The translations under genes and the position numbers were made by a program. From Mustelus asterias (Eukaryota): a DNA stretch of 64,000 nucleotides. Position 1 is the stretch's first letter. Every line of letters starts with the position of its first letter. Shown here piece after piece: positions 51,406-63,884 of this stretch. Under the pieces are notes generated by a model, which was not told where the DNA came from, did no database searches, and saw nothing but the letters and a program-made list of their open reading frames with translations. Location of the stretch: the NCBI RefSeq assembly GCF_964213995.1, contig NC_135812.1:43896001-43960000 (forward strand), written 5' to 3'.

Positions 51406-53051
51406 GTGTCTTTTGCAGCAGAATCTTTGGGCATAGAGACATCAGAGTGTCCAATATTCAAATCGAAGAAACAAAGATTGTAAAATCATCTTCTGCCAAA
51501 TGCAAAACGAAACTTGAAATTATACAGAAGGTTATGGTCCACTCCTTTTAACTAAAAGGTACATAGTTTGAATTGCCTGATAATTTGAAAATTGTTTGCA
51601 TTAAATTTGTACTTTGCTGTGTTATTTACATTGTTTATTTCAAATGACTGGATCATTTCATGTTTCAATGTAAAGAAATGGCCTTGACTTTTTATGACTA
51701 GATGGTGATAAATGGTAGCCCTGAATAAATGTGTCTGAAATTCCTCTAACTGCTATCTTTGTGAAATGTTTGCAGGCTTAAAATAAAATAGTAGATGATA
51801 CAACTTCGGACAAATGCATTAAAAGTTAATACCTAACAATTCCACAGTGTGACTTCAAGGCCAAGGAGATAAAGTGCAAAATAACCTTATCTTATGGAGG
51901 CAGGTGAGTAAGGTGGTGAATACAGATACGCAATTGGACAATAACATATGAAAAAATGCTTACAAAACAGTTGTTTGTTGCAATGAAGGTTAGTGACAAT
52001 GTAGATGTTACGTTTCTGTGGATCATGAATCCAGATGAATGGAGACAATCAGTTTCTTCACAGATACAATGCCAAAATAGAATTGTAGAATGGATCCCTG
52101 ATGCTTCCATAGGCTATTGTAGAGAAAATTGTCCCAGAAAAGTGCACATGATCTTGAGTTTCAGTCTATAGTTAAAGATATCTCACTAGTGTGGAAGTGT
52201 ATTGGAAACTAAGCCTTCCAAAGGTGCAGGCAGTTGATATCATTTTGTTATTACTATTAATATCAAGCCAATAACAAAAGATAATTAAACATTTGTATCT
52301 CTGGGGCTGGGGTCTTCTCTGCCCCCCCCCCCCCCCCCTGCCTCCCCACCCCCTCTCCCCCCACCGCCCAGCTTCCACCGAACCCGATGGCCAGACCAGC
52401 AAGTCTGGAACCAGGACCTCCACTCCATCAGCCCCCAACCCCTCTGACCCAGAGAGCTGCGACCGCCTGCAGGCCCCAAACACTCCCTCCACTCCCCCCT
52501 TCTATAATCACCCCACACTCCTAAAAATCAACTCCCGCTGCCTAAAAATCACTAACACTGCTCTGCTAAATTTACTTGCAGGTCTAGGGATCCTCCAACC
52601 TCCGAAGGAAGACCCCGACCTGGCAATGGCCAGAAGACCCCAACATGTGTACCCAGACAACAACACATCCGGACCCCAGAGATGTCATCGACCCATCCAC
52701 GCTGGAGCGTGGTCTAAACGTCCTCCGATCTCCGAAACCAAACCACAGCCCGGCAGCAACCTGGAACGCCCAACCACACAGATCCACATTGACACAGAAG
52801 CTGCAAACAAGGCAGCAAATCCTCCATCCACACACCAGCGAGAGTGAAGAACCTCATTAGATGCACCTATACCCTTAACACCGCATACTACTCTCACCGT
52901 CTCCCAGGCCTGAAAAGAAGCAGTCACGCCAAGAAGCATGGAAAACGTGCAGGCCTGCAGGTGAGAGTGAAACAACACAGTCCTAAGGCTCCCCTCCCCA
53001 GCTTACTCCTAGCAAATGTCCAAACTCTGGAAAACAAGCTAGACAAACTTA

Positions 53052-53547
53052 TGATGTGGAGTCGCTGGCGTTGGACTGGGGTAGGCACAGTAAGTAGTCT
53101 CACAACACCAAGTTAAAGTCCTGGGCTCGCGCATTGCTCAAATTGTACACATGCACAGTGCTGAGTTGGAGCTCGGCCTCATGCTCTGGGGATTTAACAG
53201 CCGCGGCGCGTGACCCCCAACAGCCGCAGCGCGCGACCCCCAACAGCCGCAGCGCGCGCCTGCGTGGGGCTTGGAGTCTCCCCCTCCTGAGACAGGAGTG
53301 TGAGACAACTCACACTTCTTTAACCTGTGCTTAACCCTTTCTCCACTCACATTGTCTGCATTTGTAAAGACTTGATTACCTATTAAGACCCGCATTCCAA
53401 CCATTATCTTGTAATTGAGTTTCTGTCTATATATGCCCCTGTTTGTGAACTGAACTCTTCACTCACCTGATGAAGGGACAAACCTCCGAAAGCTCGTGCT
53501 ACCAAATAAACCTATTGGATTTTAACTTGGTGTTGTGAGACTAGTTA
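53052..53547 (+). mobile_element. Non-autonomous Penelope-derived element inserted in Rex1
   Basis: 13-bp TSD ctagacaaactta at 53039-53051 and 53548-53560; inverted termini; pLTR with hammerhead; no ORF homology. Confidence 0.9.
53463..53498 (+). ncRNA. Minimal hammerhead ribozyme motif (weak stem II)
   Basis: UCAC-CUGAUGA-AGGGACAAACCUCC-GAAA-GC-UC-GUG. Confidence 0.6.
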
Positions 53548-56500
53548 CTAGACAAACTTAAAGCCAGACTCACTTTCCAAAGAGAACTGAGGGACTGCTG
53601 TGTATTCTGTTTCATGGAGAGATGGCTCACTCCTGCTTCACTGGACTGTGCCCTACAACCAGAGGGCTTCTCAATCCACTGAATGGACTGTACAGCGGCC
53701 TCAGGCAAGGCTGGGGGAGGTGGGGTCTGCCTTCTAATCAACACCTGGTGGTGCCTAGACATAGCTGCACTGACAAGTTTCTGCTCCTTGGACCTCTAAC
53801 GCTAAAATGCCAGCCCTACTATCTTCCGCGGGAGTTCATCTCTGTTACCCTGACAGCAGTTTATATCCTACCCCACGCGGATGTGAAGACTGCGCTGGAC
53901 GAAATATACAACACTACAAATAACCTTGAGATGAAACATCCCGAGGCCTTGTTCATCATGGCTGGGGATTTCAATCAAGCCAAGCTCAAGAGCGTTCTAC
54001 CAATGTATCATCAACACGTCTCCTGTTCCACTAGAGGCCCAAACATCCCAGACCACTGCTACACAAATATCAAACATGCCTACCGCTCCATCGCCCACCC
54101 ACATTTTGGTAAATCACACCACAAGGTTGTGCTCCTGCTCCCGGCTTACAAGCAAAAACTGAAATGGGAGAATCCATCAAAGAAAGTCGTGCAATGTTGG
54201 TCTGAGGAATCGGATGATCTCCTACGGGACTGCTTAGAGTCAGTAGACTGGTCAGTATTTAAAAACTCTGTGACCAGCCTGAACAAGTACGCCACTGCAG
54301 TAACTGACTTTATTAGTAAGTGTGTAGAAGACTGTGTGCCAAAGAAGCAAATCCGTGTGTTTTCCAATCGGAAACCATGGATGAACAGGGATATCCACTG
54401 CTTGCTGAAGTCCAGGTCTGAGGTGTTCCAGTCAGGCGACACTGACCTATACAGGAAAACCAGATATGATCTACAGAAATCCATCAAAAATGCCAAAAGA
54501 CAGTACCGGACCAAGCTAGAATCCCAGGCTAGCCACCTGGCTCCTGCCATCTATGACAAGGTCTGCAAGACATAACAGGCTACAAGATGAAGAAAGGTAA
54601 ATTCGCCGGCTCCAATGCTCCCCTCCACAATGAGCTCAATACATTCTATGCCCGTTTTGAGCAAGAGGTCAGTGAGAGCACGCTCTCCATCCCGGAAGCC
54701 TCGGATGAACCGGTATCCAAGGTCACCATTGCCGATGTCAAAGCAGCCTTCTCAAAAGTCAACCCACGAAAAGCAACTGGCCCAGATGGGGTACCCAGAC
54801 GAGCACTCAGGTCCTGCGCGGACCAGCTTCAACCTCTCTTTACACCAATCTGAGGTCCCTACCTGCTTCAAGAAAGCGACCATCATCCCGATATCAAAGA
54901 AAAGCCAGGCAGCGTGCCTTAATGATGATCGGCCGGTGGCTCTGACATCCATCATTCTGAAGTGCTTCGAAAGGTTAGTCATGGCACAAATCAATTCCTG
55001 CCTCCCAGACTGCCTGAGTCCACTACAGTTTGCCTATTGCCGCAACAGGTCCACAGCAGATGCCATCTCCCTGGCCCTACACTCAACCCTGGAACACCGA
55101 GATAACAAAGACACCAATGTCAGACTCCTATTTATAGACTACAGATCAATCTTTAACACCATCATTCCTACGAGACTCATCTCCAAACTTCGTGGGCTGG
55201 GGCTTGGCTCCTCCCTCTGCAACTGGATCCTAGACGTCTTAACCCACAGACCGCAGTTAGTAAGGATAGGCAATAACACCTCCTTCACGATCATCCACAA
55301 CACCGGTGCTCCGCAGGCTGTGTCCTCAGCCCCTTATACAGCCTCCTTATACACCTCTGACTGGCCAAATTCCCCTCCAATTCAATTTTCAAGTTTGCTG
55401 GTGACATCACCGTTGCGGGTTGGATCTCAAACAATGATAAGACGGAGTACAGGAAAGAGCTAGAGAATCTGGTGAACTGGTGAGACAACAATAATCTTTG
55501 TCAACAAAACGAAGGAGATAGTCGTCGACTTTAGGAAGTGTAGTGGAGGACATACCCCCGTCTACATCAATGGGGACGAAGTAGAAATGGTCGAGAGCTT
55601 CAAGTTATTAGGTGTACAGGTCACCAACAACCTGTCCTGGTCCATTCAGGCAGACGCTATAGTTAAGAAAACCCATCAGTGCCTCTACTTTCTCAGGAGA
55701 TTAAGGAAATTTGGCGTGTCCACTATAACTCTCACCAATATTTACAGATGCACCACAGAAAGCATTATTTCTGGTTGGCATGGCTCCTGCTCTGTCCAAG
55801 ACCACATGAAACTACAAAGGGCCATGAATGAAGCCCAGGATATCACTCAAACTAGCCTCCCACCCATTGACACTGTCTACACTTCCCACTGTCTTGGAAA
55901 AGCAGCCAGCATAATTAAGGACCCCATGCATCCCAGACATACTCTCTTCCATCTTCTTCCATCGGGAAAAAAACACAAAATTCTGTGATCAGGTACCATA
56001 CGACTCAAAAACAGCTTCTTCCCTGCTGCCATCAGACTTTTGAACGGACCTACCTTGCATTAAGTTGATCTTTCTTTCCATCCTAGCTATGACTGTAACA
56101 CTACATTCTGAATTCTCTCCTTTCCTTTCCTATATACTGTATGCTTTGTATAGCGCGCAAGAAACAGTACTTTTCACTGTATACTAATACATGTGACAAT
56201 AATAAATCAAATCAAATAAAGATGGGAAAGTAAGCATACATTACTTTCATGCATGGTACTGAAATGTGAAACCAGTAGTGTGGGCTGTGATGGAAAGTGC
56301 TTGTTGCATTGAAAAGAGTCTCCAATTTCTGATTTATGGGCTAGTTACAAAAGAAATGCTCACACTCGTTAGTGATCCCACAGACTGTATGAACATTGTG
56401 ACAGTTGTGAAACCAAAACCAACACCATCCTTCATTCCGTGGGCTAGACTTTGACTTTATGCATTAGTGTAAAATAAATGATAGTGAAACAGCAGCTGGC

Positions 56501-56724
56501 TTTATATCTGTCTTTATTCGCAAAAAATGGAAATAAAAGTCAGGAGCGATGTGTCGCTGGCTACTAATTTGATATTGCTCTTTTCACTTACCAATCAATG
56601 TTAAGATCTACCCCCGTGCAAGACAGTCACTTCCTGTCTGAAATCAAGATATAAGGAAGCCAAAATTTTCTGCAACTCAACATTGTCAGAACCGAAACCA
56701 TCCTGTTTAATAACTGTTCTAAAC

Positions 56725-57897
56725 TCTGCTCCATCTCCATTGCCCCACACTCCAGAGCCCTTTTCCAGTGCTCCACACTCCAGAACTCACTCCATTGCTC
56801 CACATTCCAGAACCATCTCCATTGCCCCACACTCCAGAGCCCTTTCCAGTGCTCCACACTCCAGAACTCACTCCATTGCTCCACATTCCAGAACCATCTC
56901 CATTGCCCCACACTCCAGAGCCCTTTCCAGTGCTCCACACTCCAGAACTCACTCCATTGCTCCACATTCCAGAACCCTCTCCATTGCCCCACACTCCTGA
57001 ACCCTTCTCATTGCTCCATACTCCAGAACTCACTCCATTGCTCCACACTCCAAAACCCTCTCCGTTGCCCCACACTCCAGAACTCTCTCCATTGCCCTAC
57101 ACTCTTGCTCCTTCTCCATTGCCCCACACTCCATAACCCTCTTCAATGCTCCACACTCCAGAATCCTCTCCATTACCCCACACTCCAGAACCCTTTCCGT
57201 TGCCCCACACTCCATAACCCTCTCAATTGCCCCACACTCTATAACCCTCTCCATTGCCCCACACTCCAGAACCATCTCCATTGCCCCACACTCCAGAGCC
57301 CTCTCCATTGCCCCACACTCCAGAACCCTCTCCATTGCCCCACACTCCAGAACCCTCTCCATTGCCCCACACTCTATAACCCTCTCCATTGCCCCACACT
57401 CCAGAACCCTCTCCATTGCCCCACACTCCAGAACCCTCTCCATTGCCCCACACTCCAGAACCCTCTCCATTGCCCCACACTCCAGAACCCTCTCCATTGC
57501 CCCACACTCCAGAACCCTCTCCATTGCCCCACACTCCAGAACCCTCTCCATTGCCCCACACTCTATAACCCTCTCCATTGCCCCACACTCCAGAGCCCTC
57601 TCCATTGCCCCACACTCCAGAACCCTCTCCATTGCCCCACACTCCAGAACCCTCTCCATTGCCCCACACTCCAGAACCCTCTCCATTGCCCCACACTCTA
57701 TAACCCTCTCCATTGCCCCACACTCCAGAGCCCTCTCCATTGCCCCACACTCCAGAACCCTCTCCATTGCCCCACACTCCAGAACCCTCTCCATTGCCCC
57801 ACACTCCAGAACCCTCTCCATTGCTCCACACTCCAGAACTCCCTCCATTGCCTCACACTCCAGAACCCTCTCCATTGCTCCACACTCCAGAACCCTT
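56725..57897. repeat. 27-bp minisatellite (CCATTGCCCCACACTCCAGAACCCTCT)n, about 43 units
   Basis: Directly visible; 9-aa periodicity in all the translated frames. Confidence 0.97.
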
Positions 57898-58009
57898 CTC
57901 TACCTACAAAAGTTTATTCTTCAACTGCCCTGCCTTTCCTATATCTGACATTGACCAATACGGTACTTTGGGATTTTTTTATTAAGGGAATTTGATAAAA
58001 ACACAATAT

Positions 58010-58540
58010 AATTACAGTTTATGTAGTGCCTTTAATAACAAAAGATCCAGGATTTTTCACAAATGCATCTGTATTCTGTAAGAGACTGCATACCATGGAT
58101 GGAGAGATTAGAATGGATGAGCAAAGATTTGACGAGATAGATTGGTTTGAAAAGGTTTTGAAGGGTGCAGGAGGTTTGTGGCTGTGGTGGGTGGTGGATA
58201 TGGTCGCATCAGGTGGCTCAAAGCAGACGGAGGAGAATGGATTAAAACCCTGAGGACCAAAGGGAGCAGGGCAGGATACAAGGCTGAACGATTGTAAAGA
58301 CAGGTAAAAGGCAATGGCTGAATTTGAAGATGAGGCCAAGGATTTTAAATTTTATATGTTGGAGTAGGTCAGCAAACATTAGGGAGACTGAGTTAATGGA
58401 TAATACAGACTTTATGTGAAGGATGGAAAATGAGAAGACAACAGTAAGGAGGGGATTCTAATAGTCAAGTCCCGAATTGGCAAAAGCATAGACGAGGGTT
58501 TCAACAGTGGATGAATGATGGTGGGGCAAAGATGGGCATT
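58010..58540 (-). mobile_element. Degenerate L2 3' region
   Basis: ttatgtagtgcctttaa tail; gaggccaaggattttaaatt; ttctaatagtcaagtc. Confidence 0.65.
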
Positions 58541-59439
58541 AACTCTGGTTGTTACTTGGTCTGTTGCTTTTGACACTGCTGTTGTCTTCCATTACCCTTC
58601 TAGCTTTCTCCTTCTACTTCCTCATTTTTAATTGATGCTCTCTTTTTACTTCTCTTTTGTTTTCTCTCTCTATTTTTCACTGTCCTGCCTATGTTTAGAG
58701 TAACCAACCATCTCACTAATTCCTACCGTTTGTCCCTTGAGCATCTTTCCTAGTATCACTCTACGTTGTACATGCTTCCTCCTGCTTGTGCTAGCAGCCT
58801 GTGTTTATGTTTCACATTCTCTATCTCTTTCACCTTACTTGATCTCCTGCTCACAAATAATTACTTCCTCTTTAATCATCTTTCTCTATCTGATGTATTT
58901 CTTTGGTGATTTTTGGCCTTTCATACCATTTCCCCTCCCTCCCCTTTCTTTAGCTAAGTCCCTTCCATATCTTCTCGGCTATTTACAAAGTTTACCAAGA
59001 AGAAACTAAGACCAGATGTTCACTACACCGTTACATGGCTGCTTCATTGGATAATTCACTGTCTACATTACATTTGCTGCCACTGTTCCTAAAATGTGAT
59101 ATCTCAGGCTTAGAAGACAATTTATGGAGCTTAGTGTAGAACATACATTATATTTAATTAATCACAGGCTTGCAAGAGAATTTGGTTAGCTTTCTGAGTG
59201 AAAATGAGATCATATCGCAATGGCTATGAAGGGTTCAATTTATAATGCTTGAATTATATGTTTACAAAAAAGGTTAATAGTCCTCCACTCCCAGTGGCTC
59301 TGCTGCAGCCATCTCCTTTACCAGTGCCTGCTGTCTGAGAAAATGAGAACTTCATCATTGCTCCCATCATTGCTCCTGGCGTCTTCTCATTTTTCTGTGC
59401 CTTATTCCTCAATCACGAGAGTCTCCCCTTAGGCATATC

Positions 59440-59725
59440 TTTCATGCTTTTCTTTCTCTCTGTTCTTCTGCCATAATCAGTTACACCTACTCTGGAACCA
59501 TGTTGTCTTTCTTGTCTCATTATCAGTTCCTTTTGCCTTGCAACGTTTTAACAGTTAATTGCTTCTTCCTTCCATCCTATCACAGACTTTCCTTTTTCTC
59601 CTTTCTCAACTCCTTTTTCCTAGATTTGTACTTGCTAAAAAAAATGTTAACCGTCTGATTTCTTTCGGTTCTGATGAAAGGTCACTGTCCCCACATATAT
59701 TGTCTGACGTGCTATAGATTTTCCT
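59440..59725 (+). mobile_element. Old Penelope-like 3' fragment
   Basis: Pyrimidine-rich 3' UTR, then ttctgatgaaaggtcac (hammerhead remnant). Confidence 0.5.
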
Positions 59726-60730
59726 TCTCTTGGAGTCTGGCCTACATATGCACTACCCTATTTTAGATGTGGGGAAAAGGAATATGCTGAAATGGTGGAA
59801 AACCATTTTTGAATCTCTAATTTAGTTCAAAGACTGTGAATTTTGTTCTTGCAGTTTCCCATCTTATCCTCACTGCCTTACACCACCTGTGCCTCCATCT
59901 TCCATTACTTTGAGAATCTGTAACTTCACCTGCAAGGAACCTCCCCAAAGCGTTAGCAAACTGATCAAATTTCATTACAGGGCATAGTGTTTAATAGAAA
60001 TTGAAACCATCAAGTGGAATTTGTTTCTGCATGAACCTGTACCTTGGTATAAAGTTGTTTGATCTTTGAAGCACTTGATTTCTGAAGTAAAAGAATATAG
60101 TAATTAATCCATTTTCCCTTTGAAATCTTTTGACATTGCTTCTACCGAGACCACTCACATGGATTAATGAATTACTTTTAACTTTTTGAAACTAATTTCA
60201 CGCTTTCTCAGAAGGTAGAATTTCTTATATATTTATTTATGTAAAACACAAGTCACCTATTTAAAGTTTTGAAACAAAAGCTATGAATTTCATACTTTAA
60301 GTTTATTGCAGTAGACAAGCTTTGAAATTGCAGCTGAAAATAAGAAAAATGGCAGATGGTATCTTCAGGTAATAATTTGATGCTTTTAAATGTTACTTGT
60401 CATGGCCAGTCCAGGCATGTCCTATTATGAACTTTCAGTCGATACTTAAAAAAATTGGACAAAAACCAATTGTTAGGATGGCTGTCGCAAATCATGTGAT
60501 TTTATGTACTTCAACTACAGACAGTGTCAAGTCTCTGGCAAATACTTAATTAAATATGGAAATAGATGAGGGTACCTCACAGCCATCAGTGGAATTCACA
60601 CATCTCATTGTTTAAGGATCAGCCAACATGTCATGACTATGGAGTTTCCAGACTACCTGACTCCATGTTTCATACTTGCAATAGGGAAATCGAAACTCAA
60701 AGGTTACTATCAACGTCCCATCACATCACA

Positions 60731-60940
60731 GGGAGGCAATGGCCTAGTGGTATTATCACTAGACTATTAATCCAGAAACTCAGCTAGTGTTCTGGGGACC
60801 TGGGTTTGAGTCCCACCACGGCAGATAGTAGAATTTGAATTCAATAAAAAAATCTGGAATTAAGAATCTACTGATGACCATGAAACCATTGTTGATTGTT
60901 GGAAAAACCCATCTGGTTCAGTAATGAACTTTAGGGAAGG
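60731..60940 (+). mobile_element. tRNA-derived SINE / LINE 5' head
   Basis: A box tggcctagtgg, B box ggtttgagtcc; homologous to 62830-62985 on minus. Confidence 0.8.
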
Positions 60941-60999
60941 GTTAGGGTTATAGTGGGATTCACCAGTGGTCAGTATTGGTACCCCTGTTTTTCTTAATA

Positions 61000-62295
61000 T
61001 TTGATTTGATTTATTATTGTCACGTATTATTATGCAGTGAAAAGTATTGTTTCTTGTGCACTATACAGACAAAGCATACTGTACACAGGAAAGGAGAGAG
61101 TACAGAATGTAGTGTTACAGTCATAGCTAGGGTGTAGAGAAAATCGACTTAATGCGAGGTAGGTCCATTGAAATGTCTGATGGCAGCAGGGAAGAAGCTG
61201 TTTTTGAGTCGGTTGATATGTGATCTCAGATTTTTATATCTTTATCCCAACGGAAGAAAGTGGGAGAGAATATGTCCGGTGTGTGTGGGGTCCTGGACTA
61301 TGCTGGCTGCTTTTCCGAAGCAGTGGGAAGTGTAGACAGAGTCAAAGGATGGGAGGCTGGTTTGAGTGATGGACTGGGCTTCATTCATGAGCCTTTGTAG
61401 TTTCTTGTGGTCTTGGACAGAGCAGGAGCCGTACCAAGCTGTGTAACAACCAGAAAGAATGCTTTCTATGGTGCATCTGTAGATGTTGGTGAGAGTTGTA
61501 GAGGACATGCCAAATTTCCTTAGTCTCCTGAGAAAGTAGAGGTGTTGGTGGGCTTTCTTAACTATAGCGTCCGCATGGAGGGACCAAAACAGGTTGTTGA
61601 TGATCTGGACACCTAAAACCTTGAAGCTCTGGGCCATTTCTACTTCGTCCCCATTGATGTAGATGGGGGCATGTCCTCCACTACACTTCCTAAAGTTGAT
61701 GACTATCTCCTTCCTTTTATTGGCATTGAGGGAGAGATTATTGTCATCGCACCAGTTCACTAAATTCTCTTTCTCTTTCCTGTACTCTATCTCATCATTG
61801 TTTGAGATCCACCACCACAATGGTGGTGTCATCAGCAAACTTGAAAATCGAATTGGAGGGGAATTTGGCCACACAGTCAAAGGTATATAAGGATTATAGT
61901 AAGGGGCTGACAACACAGCCTTGCAGAGCACCGGTGTTGCGAATGATTGTGGAGGAGGTGTTGTTGCCTATCCTTACTGATTGCGGTCTGTGGGTTAGGA
62001 AGTCTAGGATCCAGTTGCAGAGGGAGGAGCCGAGCCCCAGGCCAAGAAGTTTGGAGATGAGTCTCATAGGAGTAATGGTGTTAAAGGCTGAGCTGCAGTC
62101 TATGAATAGGAGTGTGACATAGGTGTCTTTGTTATCTAGGTGTTCCAGGGTTGAGTGTAGGGCCAGGGAGATGGCATCTGCTGTGGACCTGTTGCGATGA
62201 TAGGTGTAGTGGATCCAGGCAGTCTGGTAGACAGGAATTAATTTGTGCCATGGCTAACCTTTCAAAGCACGATGGATGTCAGAGCCACCGGACGA
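61000..62295 (-). mobile_element. Rex1/Babar LINE, 3' half
   Basis: WCDDNNLSLN..KE; LYFLRRLRKFG; (AAATC)n tail at 61000. Confidence 0.93.
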
Positions 62296-62987
62296 TGGAT
62301 TTTCAGCACGGAGAAGTACTGATTCATCAGCTGAGGCTATAGCTGGTAATCAGCAGGAAGTCCCCTTGCCCATGTTTGACCTGGTGCCATTAGATTTCAT
62401 GGGATCCAGAGTCAATATTGAGAAGCCCAGGGCGACTCCCTCATGACTATACCTCTGGTGGGGATGTCCTGTCAGTGAGACTGGACATAGCTGGGGATGG
62501 TGATGGTGGTGACTGGAATATTTTAGGTATGATTCAGTCAGCATGACACTGTGAAGCTGTTGCTTGACTAGTCTGTGAGACAGCTCACCCAAATTTGGCA
62601 CAAGTCCCCAAATGTTAGTAAGGAGGATTTTGCAAAGTTGATAGGGCTGTGTTTGACAGTGTCAATTCTGGTGCCTAGGTCGATGCTGGGTGATCTGTCC
62701 AATTTTGTTCCTTTTTTGGTAGACTTGGGAGTGGATTGATACAACTGCGTGGCCTGCTAGGCCATTTCAGGGTGAACCATATTGCTGTGGGTCTGCAGTC
62801 ACATCCAGGCCAGATCAGGTAAGGATGGCAGATTTCCTTCTTAAACGGTATTTGTGAACCAGATGGGATTTTTCAACAATTGACAATGATTTTGTGCTTA
62901 TTATTACAGAAAATAATCTTTTAATTCCAGATCTTTATTCACTGAATTCAAATTTCACCAGTTGTCATGATGGGATTCGAACCTATA

Positions 62988-63522
62988 TGTAGTGTCCATT
63001 CATTCCTTTGAATAGACGAAGGCGGCACTGGTACAGAGTTTAAATGAATTTTTTTTATTGAACAGAACTCAAAATTAAATCATTACAGAAAGTGAACAGA
63101 AAGACAACAGCTAGAGAGAGAGAGAGAGACTGGCTTCTTTTGCCGGTCCTGTACTGATCAAAACAGAACTCCAAAGCAGATTGCACTAAACTGAAAACAT
63201 AGAGCTGAAACTACAATATATGTGATTCGTTATCTTGCTATCGAAATTGTTTGGCACATGCTGACTCTAACTTGGAGAAACAGGCCTGGCCTTGCAGATG
63301 TTGTTCATGAAAAGCTTTGTTTGGCTTATAAAAAGCCTGTTTTGCTGGCATTGTACTTTGTAAAAATGCAGTCAATTTTCTAACTAACCCAGCATGCCTT
63401 CTGAGTTTTAAAATGTAGTAAGTTAATTTTTTAAGCTTAGCATTTAAATGTAATTGCATAGGCAGAAATATCTTAAAATGAAGTCTTTGCATAAATGAAG
63501 CAAACCATACACAGGTTCAACA
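62988..63522 (-). mobile_element. Solo-LTR-like insertion
   Basis: tgt...aaca ends; AATAAA on minus near 63055; splits the SINE-like head between its A and B boxes. Confidence 0.5.
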
Positions 63523-63552
63523 CCGTGTCCCCAGAGCATTAGCCTGAGCCTT

Positions 63553-63884
63553 AGGGCAGCATGGTGGCACAGTGCTTAGCACTGCTGTCTCACAGCGCTA
63601 GAGACCCGGGTTCGATTCCCCGCTTGAGTCACTGTCTGTGTAGAGTTTGCACATTCTCCCCGTGTCTGCATGGGTTTTCTCCGGGTGCTCCGGTTTCCTC
63701 CCACAGCCCAAAGATCCGCCAGTTAGGTGAATTGGCTGTGCTAAAAAAAATGCCCCTTAGTGCCAGGCGGACTAGCTAGAGTAAATGCACAGGGTTATGG
63801 GGATAGGGCCTGGGTAGGGTTGTGGTCACTGCAGACTCGATGGGCTGAAAGGCCTTTTTCTGCACTGTAGGATTCTATGATTCT
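63553..63884 (+). mobile_element. HE1 V-SINE with CR1-type tail
   Basis: Head, V-domain, tail gcactgtaggattctatgattct. Confidence 0.92.

Larger units (their letters stand above)
52283..56217 (+). mobile_element. Near full-length Rex1/Babar LINE (disrupted EN plus RT ORF)
   Basis: LLANVQTLENKLD, CFMERW, GDFN, DHCY, KATGPDG, RPVALTS, LQFAY, KFAGD; (AAATC)n tail. Confidence 0.95.
48973..56460 (+). mobile_element. Fragmented Gypsy-like LTR retrotransposon fossil hosting nested insertions
   Basis: aaca-TGGTGGCAGC PBS-like at 48973-48986; KITLSYGG protease-like near 51880; KPVV...LVSDPTDCMNIVTVVKP (RT N-terminus) at 56266-56420. Confidence 0.55.

Noticed and set aside
51776-51903. Apparent plus-strand exon (ttgcag...CAG|gtgagt)
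   Set aside because: Contains early stops and overlaps the Gypsy protease-like remnant; at most a non-coding exon.
56725-57897. CRISPR-like regular array
   Set aside because: Head-to-tail tandem units without unique spacers, in a vertebrate context.
57030-57995. 281-296 aa repetitive ORFs (MERVLECGA / LHCPTLQNP)
   Set aside because: Translations of a 27-bp minisatellite open on both strands, with no unique domain or splice context.
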